Assembly (NCBI GenBank): GCA_041664585.1
Contig: JBAYKL010000001.1
Span: 70,592 to 121,383 of the forward strand
Length of the DNA: 50,792 bases
Direction of reading: 5' to 3'
From: Minisyncoccota bacterium
GTDB taxonomy: Bacteria; Patescibacteriota; Minisyncoccia; Phycocordibacterales; GWA1-40-21
Shown: positions 33,707 through 43,242 of the stretch, in pieces
How positions within the stretch are numbered: the stretch's first letter is position 1
Layout: each line of letters opens with the position of its first letter
Notes under the pieces: model-generated
The model's input: only the letters and a program-made list of their open reading frames with translations
Databases searched by the model: none
What the model was told of the DNA's origin: nothing
Program-made: the position numbers and the translations under genes

Positions 33707-35194
33707 CTAATACGCCTTTCCAAGCAGAACTTTTCTATTAGCCTCCTTACCACAGTAAATACATTTACCTTTGTTGTTTAAACCTCCATCTAGTGGGATA
33801 CATCGAGTACTTGCTCCTGTTTCTTCTTTTATCTTTTCTTCGCAAGCCTTATCTTCACATAAGTGAGTATAAACGAAACCGATTTTACTTTCTATCGTAG
33901 ATTTAAATTCTTCATAATTTGATACTTCATAAGTATGTCCTTCTCTAAAATTCTTGGAATTTTCAAATAGTGTTTTATGCATTCCCTCAAGAGCTGATTT
34001 TATAAACGAAATCAAATTAGCATCTTCTACAAAATCCTTTTTACCTTGTAGTCTTTCTACTATCACAACAGAATTCTTAGCTACATCTTTTGGACCAATC
34101 TCAAGTCTTAGGGGTACACCCTTTCTTTCCCATTCGAAAAACTTAAAGCCTGGGCGACCTTCTCTATCATCTACTTTATATGAAATATTTTCCTTATCTA
34201 AATCAGCTTTAATTTTTTCTACTTTTTCAAATACAACTTTTTTCTCTTCATCACTTCCACAGATAGGTATAATCACAACTTGATATTGAGCAATCTTAGG
34301 TGGTAATACAAGACCCTTGTCGTCTGAATGAGCCATAATAAGGGCACCAATAATTCTAGTGCTCATTCCCCAGCTTGTTTGCCATACATACTGCTTTTCT
34401 TGATTTTGATCCAAGAATGATACGTCAAAAGATTTTGAGAAGTTCTGTCCAAGCATGTGAGAAGTACCAGATTGTAGAGCTTTTCCATCTTGCATCATTG
34501 CTTCTATTGTAGCTGTATAATCTGCACCGGCAAATTTTTCTGATTCTGTCTTTATTCCTTTAACTACAGAAATCGCTAAATATTCTTCTGCAAATTTTCT
34601 GTAAACCTCAATCATATCCAAAGTATTCTTCTCTGCTCCTTCTTTTGTATCATATGCAGTATGTCCTTCTTGCCAAAGAAATTCTACGGTACGGAGGAAT
34701 GGTCTTGTACGAAGCTCCCAACGCATAACATTACACCACTGGTTTACTAAGACCGGTAAATCTCTATAGGAACGAATCCATTTTGAAAATGCATCATAAA
34801 TAATAGTTTCAGATGTAGGACGAATAACAAAAGGTTCTTCAAGCTCACCGCTTGGAATTAATTTGCCATCTTTTTCTTCCAATCTATGATGCGTGACAAC
34901 GGCACATTCTTTTGCAAAACCTTCTACATGCTCTGCCTCTTTCTCTAAAAAGCTTACTGGAATAAGAAGCGGAAAGTATGCATTTTGTGCGCCAACCTTT
35001 TTAAATTCTGGATTTAATATTGATTGTATTTTTTCCCAAATAGCATAACCATACGGCTTAATAACCATACAACCACGTACTGGAGACGAATCTGATAAAT
35101 CAGCTTCTTTTATTACATCTAGGTACCATTGAGAAAAGTCTTCGCTTCTGCTAGTTATTTTATTTTCTACCTTTTTATCTGAATTGTTTGACAT
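33707..35194 (-). CDS. proS: prolyl-tRNA synthetase, archaeal/eukaryote-like type (no INS editing domain, C-terminal Zn-binding-like domain)
   Basis: The class IIa core includes LRTVEFLWQEGHTAY. Cys-rich C-terminal domain (CEDKACEEK...CIYCGK), ending in Tyr. 495 aa. Confidence 0.9.
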   Translation of the reverse strand: MSNNSDKKVENKITSRSEDFSQWYLDVIKEADLSDSSPVRGCMVIKPYGYAIWEKIQSILNPEFKKVGAQNAYFPLLIPVSFLEKEAEHVEGFAKECAVVTHHRLEEKDGKLIPSGELEEPFVIRPTSETIIYDAFSKWIRSYRDLPVLVNQWCNVMRWELRTRPFLRTVEFLWQEGHTAYDTKEGAEKNTLDMIEVYRKFAEEYLAISVVKGIKTESEKFAGADYTATIEAMMQDGKALQSGTSHMLGQNFSKSFDVSFLDQNQEKQYVWQTSWGMSTRIIGALIMAHSDDKGLVLPPKIAQYQVVIIPICGSDEEKKVVFEKVEKIKADLDKENISYKVDDREGRPGFKFFEWERKGVPLRLEIGPKDVAKNSVVIVERLQGKKDFVEDANLISFIKSALEGMHKTLFENSKNFREGHTYEVSNYEEFKSTIESKIGFVYTHLCEDKACEEKIKEETGASTRCIPLDGGLNNKGKCIYCGKEANRKVLLGKAY

Positions 35195-35235
35195 GAGTAT
35201 AAGTTTAATATAAAAGACTGTTTAATTCAACCGAT

Positions 35236-35787
35236 TTAAATTTTAATATTTAACTGAAAAATCTGAGTATCATACCCCCTAGTTTCTTCATCCTCTTTTG
35301 ATAAGCCCAGTATTTTAACTTTATTAAATAATTCTTCTCTAACAATCTCTGGATTAGAATCATCCTCTACCATCTTTTCTATTTCCATAAAATCGCCAAG
35401 TTTTTCCACCTTATCAAGACATATTTCATATTCATCCCATTTCCCTTTCTTACGCATTTTTTTAACCTCCACCTGAGGTACCCAATTCAAAAGCTTCAAT
35501 ATTTTATCCATTTCATCTGGATTACTAATTTGTGTCTCATGCTCTATATTATCTGATTCGCCAGAACATTGTTTTTTAATATTAAATTCAGATTTTCCAT
35601 CCTGTCTTCTTATTCTAAGCATAACATCCCCCTCTTTTGCACATGTATAATCTAAGTCACTATTTTTTTGTGAATAAGTAATATCATGCTGGCTTATTGA
35701 ATCAGAAAAAATGCAACCTTGTTTTATAAGATTATTTTCCAAAAATTTCAAATCTTTCACTTTAAATTTAATTTCTATTTCTCTCAT
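35236..35787 (-). CDS. CYTH-domain protein (CyaB class IV adenylyl cyclase / triphosphate tunnel metalloenzyme)
   Basis: N-terminal EIEIKFKV (ExExK signature), MLRIRR, EHETQI, and LDKVEKLGDFMEIE. Confidence 0.75.
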   Translation of the reverse strand: MREIEIKFKVKDLKFLENNLIKQGCIFSDSISQHDITYSQKNSDLDYTCAKEGDVMLRIRRQDGKSEFNIKKQCSGESDNIEHETQISNPDEMDKILKLLNWVPQVEVKKMRKKGKWDEYEICLDKVEKLGDFMEIEKMVEDDSNPEIVREELFNKVKILGLSKEDEETRGYDTQIFQLNIKI

Positions 35788-36353
35788 TTTGTATTTTGTA
35801 AAAAATCCTCAAAATCTTTAATGGATTTACATTCCTGTTCCAATACAGCTTTATAAATTACTTGTCCAGGAACATCCAAATCTTTGTCTTTTCTATATTT
35901 TTTGAATAAAAGAATTAATTCTTTTTCTTCATCAGTTAATTGTACCTTGTCTATCGAAAATGACTTACTTCTTTCTATAAAATCCTCACGGGAAACAAAC
36001 CAGATGTCAATTTTCCATTTTTCATTACCAACTCTATATTTTAAACCGACGTAATATCCATTTGGGAATTCATTCCCCATTCTTGGATCATTCCAACCAC
36101 CTTTAATAAAATAGCTTCTGAACTTTCCTTCAAAATATAAGCCTTTTAAAACCTCAAAAATTTCATCTTTTGAATATGGCTCGTCTCTAACAACTGTAAT
36201 ATCAATATCACCATGCATCATTACATTTCCAGCGTAAGCACCCGTGAAATATACTTCGCCATATTTATGCAAGTTATTAGTTAAATCTGTTTTTGCAAGT
36301 AACTCGTCTGCCTGTTCTTTAAATTTTTTACTTATTTCAAATAATTCTGACAT
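35784..36353 (-). CDS. nucleotidyltransferase-fold protein (pol-beta superfamily)
   Basis: TGAYAGNVMMHGDIDITVV (G-x-x-x-G...DxD) plus a third acidic residue in KIDIWF. ATGA overlap with the CYTH gene. ATG at comp. 36351-36353; the track start is TTG. Confidence 0.6.
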   Translation of the reverse strand: MSELFEISKKFKEQADELLAKTDLTNNLHKYGEVYFTGAYAGNVMMHGDIDITVVRDEPYSKDEIFEVLKGLYFEGKFRSYFIKGGWNDPRMGNEFPNGYYVGLKYRVGNEKWKIDIWFVSREDFIERSKSFSIDKVQLTDEEKELILLFKKYRKDKDLDVPGQVIYKAVLEQECKSIKDFEDFLQNTK

Positions 36354-36371
36354 AAACAAATTATATCATTT

Positions 36372-37184
36372 TTAATTACCAAAAGTCATAAAGTTTGAGC
36401 TTTCATATTTTTTAACCGCTTTATTGAAAATTTTTATTGAAATAAACATCCAAATAAATGAAAACAAACCAATAGCAGACAATTTTAATATAGACATATC
36501 CTTAACAGTCTCTACCGGCAACGTACCTACCAAAAGGGATGGTAATATAAAAGTAAATATAAATCTCATAATCCCCTGAAAAGACCCTCCATGAAAAAGT
36601 GACGGTGTTAAAAACAATTCAAATAATCCTGAACTAACAGCATTCGAATCCATAAAGAAAAAACTTGTAGAGAAAATGATAATAGAAAGAGCTAAGAATA
36701 TAATAGTTGAAAAGATAAGAAGAATTAATATAGCTATTATTTGATAAAAAGTGACATGAATCAAAAAAGCGTAGGTAACTAAACATATTATACCAAATGC
36801 CATATCACCGATCGCAGAAGCATTAAACGAAGCTGTGGCTATTCTGACTAAAAGATTTTTTGGTGACAACATAAATCTATCGAAACCACCGGAAGAAACA
36901 TACTCAGGAAGTTTTCTAATACCATTACCGAATGAAAAAATAATACCAAAAGCCAAAGCAAGGAAACCCTGCAATCCAACAATATCTGCTGGGTTCCAAC
37001 CGCCAATGACACCAACGGACTTGATAAAATATACCCAGAGAATAATAAAGGCGGAATTATTGATCATCATACCAAAGACGTTCATCAAGAAACTCGTTCT
37101 TAATTCTGCACTGCTTTGAATATTCTTTTTTATTGCATACAATGCAAATTTAATTTCTTTTAACATATATTTATTATCCGCCAT
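36372..37184 (-). CDS. ABC-2-type transporter permease
   Basis: 270 aa with about 6 TM segments. Overlaps the upstream permease gene by 11 nt. Confidence 0.7.
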   Translation of the reverse strand: MADNKYMLKEIKFALYAIKKNIQSSAELRTSFLMNVFGMMINNSAFIILWVYFIKSVGVIGGWNPADIVGLQGFLALAFGIIFSFGNGIRKLPEYVSSGGFDRFMLSPKNLLVRIATASFNASAIGDMAFGIICLVTYAFLIHVTFYQIIAILILLIFSTIIFLALSIIIFSTSFFFMDSNAVSSGLFELFLTPSLFHGGSFQGIMRFIFTFILPSLLVGTLPVETVKDMSILKLSAIGLFSFIWMFISIKIFNKAVKKYESSNFMTFGN

Positions 37185-37974
37185 TAACCGAGATTCTCTT
37201 TCTTGCCTTTAAAAAGATAACATAAGCCACAATACCCAAAACAATTATCCAAAATAACTGGATCAACAAAAGAATATACCAATTTGTTTTCCATGAGTCA
37301 TAGACAGTATGGGTAATAAATTGAGATGCACCGAAGGGGCTGTATAAAGCAATTTTATACATAAAAGAAGGAAAAAGTGCTACGGGTAAATATGAACCCC
37401 CAAGAATCATAACCATCTTATCAACCATCCAAAATATAGGGTTTATATCTTCAATCCAAAAAGCCATAAAACCGACAATAGAATACAATATTAAAGACAA
37501 AATCATTGCGCCTATAAAAACCAGAAATAATGTAGGTAAAAATATACCCAATGTCATAGTATCTGGTATACCAACTATTGAAAACATAGCAATTGCTCCC
37601 ACAATAATTATTACTAAAAATGGATACAGGCCAGAACCAATCTGCCACCAGATTTTATACCAAAAATAGGACACTGGCTTACTTAACAAAGTCTCTACAC
37701 TGCCAGACTGTACATCTTTCATTATTTCTCTTGAAATATTTCTTAAATTTAGGACAGAAAAAGTAAAATAAAAAAACATACTCCACGCTACGGTGATATA
37801 CGTAACCCCGTTCACAAGCCCATTATTTAATCTAAATACGTACCAATATAAAATTAGGAGTATTCCACATCTGGCAAAAATAGAAAGGGAGTCGGCAATA
37901 AGACGTCCGGTATACTGGATTCTATCTTTTACAAGTGTAAGAATTATTTTTTTAGCAAGTCTAATTTCTCTCAT
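37174..37974 (-). CDS. ABC-2-type transporter permease
   Basis: 266 aa with about 6 TM segments. Overlaps the ATPase gene by 14 nt. Confidence 0.7.
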   Translation of the reverse strand: MREIRLAKKIILTLVKDRIQYTGRLIADSLSIFARCGILLILYWYVFRLNNGLVNGVTYITVAWSMFFYFTFSVLNLRNISREIMKDVQSGSVETLLSKPVSYFWYKIWWQIGSGLYPFLVIIIVGAIAMFSIVGIPDTMTLGIFLPTLFLVFIGAMILSLILYSIVGFMAFWIEDINPIFWMVDKMVMILGGSYLPVALFPSFMYKIALYSPFGASQFITHTVYDSWKTNWYILLLIQLFWIIVLGIVAYVIFLKARKRISVNGG

Positions 37975-38947
37975 ATATATGTCTGATAACGGTTTCTAGG
38001 TCAGCGTTATATACATCAACGTCTTCTACTTCAAAAATCTCTAATAGTTTTTTTAGTGATTTTTGAACACTAATTTTATTTGAATCAACTGTAATCGTTA
38101 TTTTATTATTATCCTTTAATATATACTTCATACCCTCTGGCAATTCATGAAATGATTCAAATTTCGTCATCGGTATTAAATCAATATATTTTTCAAACAC
38201 AAAACAGGTAGCCAAATCTTCAGTCGGCATATCTTTTATAACAATCCCGTGATTAATTATTATCGTTCTATCACAAAGAGATTCTATATCACCAACATCG
38301 TGAGATGTTAAGAATATCGTAGTTCCCTCTTCTTTATTTATTTTGAGTAATAAATCTCGGAGAGTTTTCTTAGCGACCACATCCAATCCAATAGTCGGTT
38401 CATCCAAAAGGATTATTTTTGGCTTGTGTATTAAAGAAGCTGCGACCTCCGCCCTCATTCTTTGTCCTAAAGATAACTTACGTACAGGCTGATCTATAAA
38501 ACTTTCAAGTTCAAATAATTTTGTAAGCTCAATGATACGATTTTGAATTTGCTCATCTGTCATATCATACATAACACCAAAGAATTCAAGCGAATCTGTA
38601 AGGGGAAGGTTCGGCAACAACTGTGACCTTTGCCCAAAAACAGTACCTATTTGATATGCGAGTTTCTTTCTATCTTTTACTGGATCCAATCCAAGAACAC
38701 TAGCCTTACCAGATGTTGGATATAGAATACCAGTGAGCATTTTGATAGTTGTAGATTTACCAGCACCATTGGGACCAATAAAAGCGATCCTTTCCCCACT
38801 TTTAACGGAAAATGAAATGTCGTTCACAGCGGCAACTTCACGTATCTCTGGCTTAAATAAATTCTTAATCCAACTATTAGATTTATTTTTAACTGGAAAA
38901 GTAAACTTCTTTGATAAATTAGAAATTATTATTGATTCTGATTTCAT
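37961..38947 (-). CDS. ABC transporter ATP-binding protein
   Basis: Walker [10 protein letters not shown], signature LSLGQRM, Walker [14 protein letters not shown]-loop TSHD. Confidence 0.9.
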   Translation of the reverse strand: MKSESIIISNLSKKFTFPVKNKSNSWIKNLFKPEIREVAAVNDISFSVKSGERIAFIGPNGAGKSTTIKMLTGILYPTSGKASVLGLDPVKDRKKLAYQIGTVFGQRSQLLPNLPLTDSLEFFGVMYDMTDEQIQNRIIELTKLFELESFIDQPVRKLSLGQRMRAEVAASLIHKPKIILLDEPTIGLDVVAKKTLRDLLLKINKEEGTTIFLTSHDVGDIESLCDRTIIINHGIVIKDMPTEDLATCFVFEKYIDLIPMTKFESFHELPEGMKYILKDNNKITITVDSNKISVQKSLKKLLEIFEVEDVDVYNADLETVIRHIYERN

Positions 38948-39930
38948 TTTATATGTTTAATAATTACAATACTCTTCTTTTTGGTATCTATCTCTACTTC
39001 CCCACCAATAGGAAAAGTTATTATCGGACTTGTATGCCCAAAGTCTACATTGGCAATAACAGGTATATTATTTAATTCTTTCTTACTTTTTACTATCTTC
39101 ATTAATTTTTCTTTAGTGATCTTACTAGCATTTTGAAATCTACCAATCACAATACCTTTTACACCACAAAAAGATGGTAGATGAATAAGAGACTGCAAAT
39201 CTCTATCAAACAGTTTTGAATCAGAAGTATCATCGTCTTCCAAAAATAAAATTGAGTTTTTTAAACTTGGAAAATATTCTGTACCTTGAAGTAGATTAAA
39301 TGTGCAAAGATTTGCACCGAGTAATGTTCCAGATGCTTTACCACTATTTATCACTAGCCATCCATCATTTTTAATGAGTTTCCTGTCATTCTGATCTTTG
39401 TACCAAGCATCATCACTCCAAGATTCTGAAGGTTTGATTTCAAATAAATCATTAGAAAAAAGACATTTCTTAAAATAATCTAAAGTATAATCAAAATATA
39501 ATTTTTGACCAAAAGTGGACCACGCCGGGCCAGAATATGTCACTAAACCAGTTTTTGCAAAAATAGCATTTTGTAAAGCTGTAGTATCAGAATAACCAAT
39601 AAATATTTTGGGATTATTTCTAATAATGTTCCAATCAATATATTTTAAAAGCTGATTGCAATTAAAACCGCCAATTACAGCAAAAACGGCTTTAACTTTT
39701 TTATCAGAAAAAGCTTTATGTAAATCAGCAACTCTAGATTTAATCGAGGATGAACCAAACTCATCAGACTCTTCAACATTTTTGCCAAAAGTTATTTCTA
39801 ACCCTAAATCTGAAAGACGTTTATTGGCGATTTCTCTGATAGGTTGAGAAATAAGTGAAATTGAACAAGATGGAGCAATTACCCTTATATCATCACCTTC
39901 CTTTAATTTTTGAGGATATATCTTTTTCAT
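38944..39930 (-). CDS. S66 peptidase (LD-carboxypeptidase LdcA / MccF family), second paralog
   Basis: [10 protein letters not shown] (Ser), FLEDDD (Glu), [14 protein letters not shown] (His). ATGA overlap with the ABC ATPase gene. Confidence 0.85.
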   Translation of the reverse strand: MKKIYPQKLKEGDDIRVIAPSCSISLISQPIREIANKRLSDLGLEITFGKNVEESDEFGSSSIKSRVADLHKAFSDKKVKAVFAVIGGFNCNQLLKYIDWNIIRNNPKIFIGYSDTTALQNAIFAKTGLVTYSGPAWSTFGQKLYFDYTLDYFKKCLFSNDLFEIKPSESWSDDAWYKDQNDRKLIKNDGWLVINSGKASGTLLGANLCTFNLLQGTEYFPSLKNSILFLEDDDTSDSKLFDRDLQSLIHLPSFCGVKGIVIGRFQNASKITKEKLMKIVKSKKELNNIPVIANVDFGHTSPIITFPIGGEVEIDTKKKSIVIIKHIK

Positions 39931-40030
39931 ATTAATTATATGGTATCACATAATTAATATTATAAAATAGACTTTTTTAGATTGTATGTTAATATACCAA
40001 AGTGACTAACAAATCATTAAAACTTAACGG

Positions 40031-40120
40031 CTTACATATCTGCCTCTTGTAGAAGGGGTACATTTTTGATTTCTAATACTATTTATAATCAAACCCCCCT
40101 TCTGCAAGGGGCTTTTTTAT
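40031..40120 (+). promoter_or_regulatory. putative transcription-attenuation leader (terminator/antiterminator) upstream of hisG
   Basis: Terminator: cccctt (40096-40101) pairs with aagggg (40106-40111), followed by cttttttatt. Alternative helix: agaagggg (40051-40058) pairs with ccccttct (40096-40103), extended by tttgatt (40065-40071) with aatcaaa (40087-40093). No upstream plus-strand gene needs terminating here. Confidence 0.45.
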
Positions 40121-40145
40121 TATGTAGAATTAATTAAATTAAAAA

Positions 40146-41024
40146 ATGAAATCAAATAAACTAAAAATAGCGCTGCCTGCCGGCAGTCTAAAAGAATCAA
40201 CCTTTGAACTTTTAAAAAAGGCTGGTTATAAAATAAATGTCAAAGAACGGTCATACTTTCCAATAATAGATGATGAGGAAATCGAATGCATGCTTATACG
40301 CGCTCAAGAAATTCCTAAATATGTAGAACAAGGAAAGTTTGACGTCGGTATTACTGGTAAAGACTGGGTGGAAGAAAGTGGAAACATAACTCAAGAGATA
40401 GGAGAATTAAAATACTCCAAACAAGGTTTTAATTCAGTCAAACTTGTAATCGCAGTGCCAGAATCATCAGACATTAAGACGATTCAAGATCTCGAAGGCA
40501 AAACAATATCAACAGAGCTTGTAAATGTAACAAGAAAATTTCTTGAAAAGAATGAAATAAAAGCAAATGTAGAATTTTCTTGGGGAGCGACTGAGTCAAA
40601 ACCTCCATATTTAGCAGATGCCATAGCCGAACTCTCTGATAGTGGGAGTTCTCTTAGGGCTAACAATCTAAGAGTTATTGGAACTGTGATGGAATCTACA
40701 ACTCGTATTGTTGCAAATAAACAAAGTTATAAAAATAAATGGAAACGTCAAAAATCTGATTTATTCGTGACATTACTTAAAAGTGCTCTCGCTGCTGAAG
40801 GGATGGTTGGACTTAAGATGAACGCACCCAAAGAAAAAACAAGGGAGATAATCGAATGTCTATCAGCACTACGTAAACCAACGATATCAACTCTAACTGA
40901 AAAGAATTGGTGTTCTATCGAAGTAATTTTACCTGAGATGAAAGTTAAAAATATTATTTCAGAAATAAGGAAACTTGGAGCCGAGGGTATTGTTGAATAC
41001 CCTATTAATAAAATAATATATTAA
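40146..41024 (+). CDS. hisG: ATP phosphoribosyltransferase, long form (with C-terminal regulatory domain)
   Basis: LKIALPAGSLKESTFELLKKAGY, DVGITGKDW, and ELSDSGSSLRANNL. The C-terminal HisG_C-like domain (PTISTL...WCSIEVIL...KLGAEGIVEYPINK) is present. 292 aa. Confidence 0.88.
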   Translation: MKSNKLKIALPAGSLKESTFELLKKAGYKINVKERSYFPIIDDEEIECMLIRAQEIPKYVEQGKFDVGITGKDWVEESGNITQEIGELKYSKQGFNSVKLVIAVPESSDIKTIQDLEGKTISTELVNVTRKFLEKNEIKANVEFSWGATESKPPYLADAIAELSDSGSSLRANNLRVIGTVMESTTRIVANKQSYKNKWKRQKSDLFVTLLKSALAAEGMVGLKMNAPKEKTREIIECLSALRKPTISTLTEKNWCSIEVILPEMKVKNIISEIRKLGAEGIVEYPINKIIY

Positions 41025-41026
41025 TT

Positions 41027-41347
41027 ATGAAAATAGAACCAAACTTTGAAAAACGTGGTGGTTTATTACCAGTCATTACTCAAGATGAAAAAAGTGGAGA
41101 AATATTAATGCTCGCTTACGTAAGTAAGGAAGCATACTACCAAACCATAGAGACCGGTCTAGCCACCTACTACTCCACATCACGTAATGAGATATGGGTA
41201 AAAGGAAAGACAAGTGGCGACACACAAATAATAAAAGAAATTTTTATTGATTGTGATGAAGATGCTTTACTCTATAGAGTCGTCCAACTTGGAAAAGGAG
41301 CCTGTCACACAGGAGAAAGGACTTGTTTCTATAGACAAGTGAAATAA
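41027..41347 (+). CDS. hisI: phosphoribosyl-AMP cyclohydrolase (monofunctional)
   Basis: GLLPVITQD, SGDTQIIKEIFIDCDEDALLYRV, and GACHTGERTCFY. 106 aa with no HisE domain. Confidence 0.85.
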   Translation: MKIEPNFEKRGGLLPVITQDEKSGEILMLAYVSKEAYYQTIETGLATYYSTSRNEIWVKGKTSGDTQIIKEIFIDCDEDALLYRVVQLGKGACHTGERTCFYRQVK

Positions 41348-41349
41348 AT

Positions 41350-41382
41350 AAAAAAGACTCTCGATTGAGAGTCTTTTTTATT
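41350..41382. terminator. bidirectional Rho-independent terminator
   Basis: aaaaagactctc (41351-41362) pairs with gagagtcttttt (41367-41378). Lies between the convergent hisI and ABC exporter genes. Confidence 0.7.
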
Positions 41383-43165
41383 TCTGAATAAATCCTCCAG
41401 CCTGTAATTCCCACAAATCTTTATAGAGTCCGCTGTTTTTATTAGCTAATTCATCGTGTGTACCATCTTCAATTATTTTGCCTCCTTTCATGGCAATAAT
41501 TCTATCCATCTTTCTTATTGTAGAAAGTCTGTGAGCTATTACGATAGTTGTACAATTTTTCATAAGATTATCCAAGGCATCCTGAATAAGAGCCTCTGAA
41601 TGAGAATCCAAACTTGAAGTAGCCTCGTCCAGAATAAGTATAGGAGCTCTTTTAAGAATTGCTCTAGCTATTGCGATTCTTTGTCTTTCACCTCCAGAAA
41701 GCTTAATACCTCTTTCACCGACAAAAGTCTCATATTTCAAGGGTAAAACATCTATAAATTCATCACAGTGAGCCAATCTGGCCGCTTCTTTTACTTCTTC
41801 GTCAGTTGCATCCCTTTTTCCATATCTAATATTTTCCATAAGAGTTCTATGAAATAAAACTGGATCTTGGGGTACGAGACTTGTTTTTTCTCTCAAACTA
41901 TCTTGAGTAATTTTCTGGATATCTTGTCCATCAATCATAATCGATCCGGCACTGACATCATGTAATCTCATAAGTAACCTTATAAAGGTTGTCTTTCCAG
42001 CTCCAGATGGACCGATGATAGCAACCTTTTGTCCTGCATTAATTTTTAAATTCAAACTAGTCAAAATTTCACGGGTCTGATTAAAAGCAAAGGTAACGTT
42101 TTTGAATTCTATTTCTCCCTTTTTAACTTCAAGATCTTTTGCTTGATGTGTATCTTGAATTTCATAAGGGGTAGTTAAAATCTCTACCATTTCTTTCGCA
42201 TCGGCCAAACCTTCATAAATCTTTCTTATAAATTTATTAAATCCCCAAAGCTGTTGAGCTAAACCAATAATGTATGTTTGTGCCAACACAAAGGTACCAA
42301 CAGTAGCTAGACCCTGATTCCAATATTTTATAGCGTAAAAGAAAATTGCAAACTCGATTACTGCTATAAGTAAAGTTTGTATCGCATCTACAATATCTGA
42401 TAAAAACCAAGAGAAATTAGTCTTTTTTGCTTGATCATTTGTAACATCTTTAAAACTTTTTGATTCATAAGCCTGACCAGTAAAAAGAGAAACTGCATTA
42501 CTGTTTGTTATAGAGTCAGACAAATAAGCAGTGGTCTTTGAATCAGCCTCAGCTACGGCAATGTCGTACTTTAATTTCCAATGAGAAAAAGTTATGTTGA
42601 AGGAAGCAAAAACTAATACCCATATAAATAATATTATTGAAATGATGGGGGCGACGATCCAGGTAACGACCAATGACCCGACCACTGTAATAATGAGTGG
42701 CATTATACTAAAGACAAAGCTGTCCGCTATGCCATCATAAGCTCTAGCAAATCTGTTTACCCTTTGAACCAAACTTCCAGAAAAATTATTCGTAAAAAAA
42801 GAATGAGAATGGTTCATCATATAATTAAAAGCATTTTGTCTAAGTATCGCCATTGTCTTAGATTGCAAGATGTTGTAAGAAATCATCCCTATACGCCAAA
42901 AAACCCAATTAGTAAATCTTAAACCTAATACAAGCAATATAATTTTAATCAGAAATACACTGGCAAAAGATTTATCTTGAGCTGTATTGAGAGTATCAAA
43001 GAAAAATTTGTAACACAAAGGAACCAAGACACTTACAAGTTGCCCCAGGAAGAGAAATGAGTAGGAAATCCAAAAAAACTTTTTTTGTGGTTTAACTCCT
43101 ATCCAAAACTGTTTTAATATTTGACTGATTTTTATATTTTGACCTGTTTTCATACAAGTTTGCAT
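41378..43165 (-). CDS. ABC exporter, fused permease/ATPase (MsbA-like)
   Basis: 6-TM domain plus an NBD. Walker A GPSGAGKTT, signature LSGGERQR, Walker B ILILDEATSSLD. First ATG at comp. 43163-43165; the track start is TTG. Confidence 0.85.
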   Translation of the reverse strand: MQTCMKTGQNIKISQILKQFWIGVKPQKKFFWISYSFLFLGQLVSVLVPLCYKFFFDTLNTAQDKSFASVFLIKIILLVLGLRFTNWVFWRIGMISYNILQSKTMAILRQNAFNYMMNHSHSFFTNNFSGSLVQRVNRFARAYDGIADSFVFSIMPLIITVVGSLVVTWIVAPIISIILFIWVLVFASFNITFSHWKLKYDIAVAEADSKTTAYLSDSITNSNAVSLFTGQAYESKSFKDVTNDQAKKTNFSWFLSDIVDAIQTLLIAVIEFAIFFYAIKYWNQGLATVGTFVLAQTYIIGLAQQLWGFNKFIRKIYEGLADAKEMVEILTTPYEIQDTHQAKDLEVKKGEIEFKNVTFAFNQTREILTSLNLKINAGQKVAIIGPSGAGKTTFIRLLMRLHDVSAGSIMIDGQDIQKITQDSLREKTSLVPQDPVLFHRTLMENIRYGKRDATDEEVKEAARLAHCDEFIDVLPLKYETFVGERGIKLSGGERQRIAIARAILKRAPILILDEATSSLDSHSEALIQDALDNLMKNCTTIVIAHRLSTIRKMDRIIAMKGGKIIEDGTHDELANKNSGLYKDLWELQAGGFIQK

Positions 43166-43204
43166 ATAATAACACAAAAAATAATGTCTGGAAACGACAT
43201 AAAC

Positions 43205-43236
43205 AAAAACACTCAGATTTTTATCTGAGTGTTTTT
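43205..43236 (-). terminator. Rho-independent terminator after dnaJ
   Basis: aaaaacactcagat (43205-43218) pairs with atctgagtgttttt (43223-43236). Confidence 0.65.
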
Positions 43237-43242
43237 GTTTAT

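Noticed and set aside
39931-40050. His-codon leader peptide or T-box riboswitch upstream of hisG
   Set aside because: The only mini-ORFs (MVSHN and MLIYQSD) lack a His run. The segment agaaggggtaca only loosely resembles the T-box core (GGGUGGUACC), and the ~90 nt available upstream is too short for a canonical Stem I. I kept the terminator/antiterminator observation but not these specific mechanisms.
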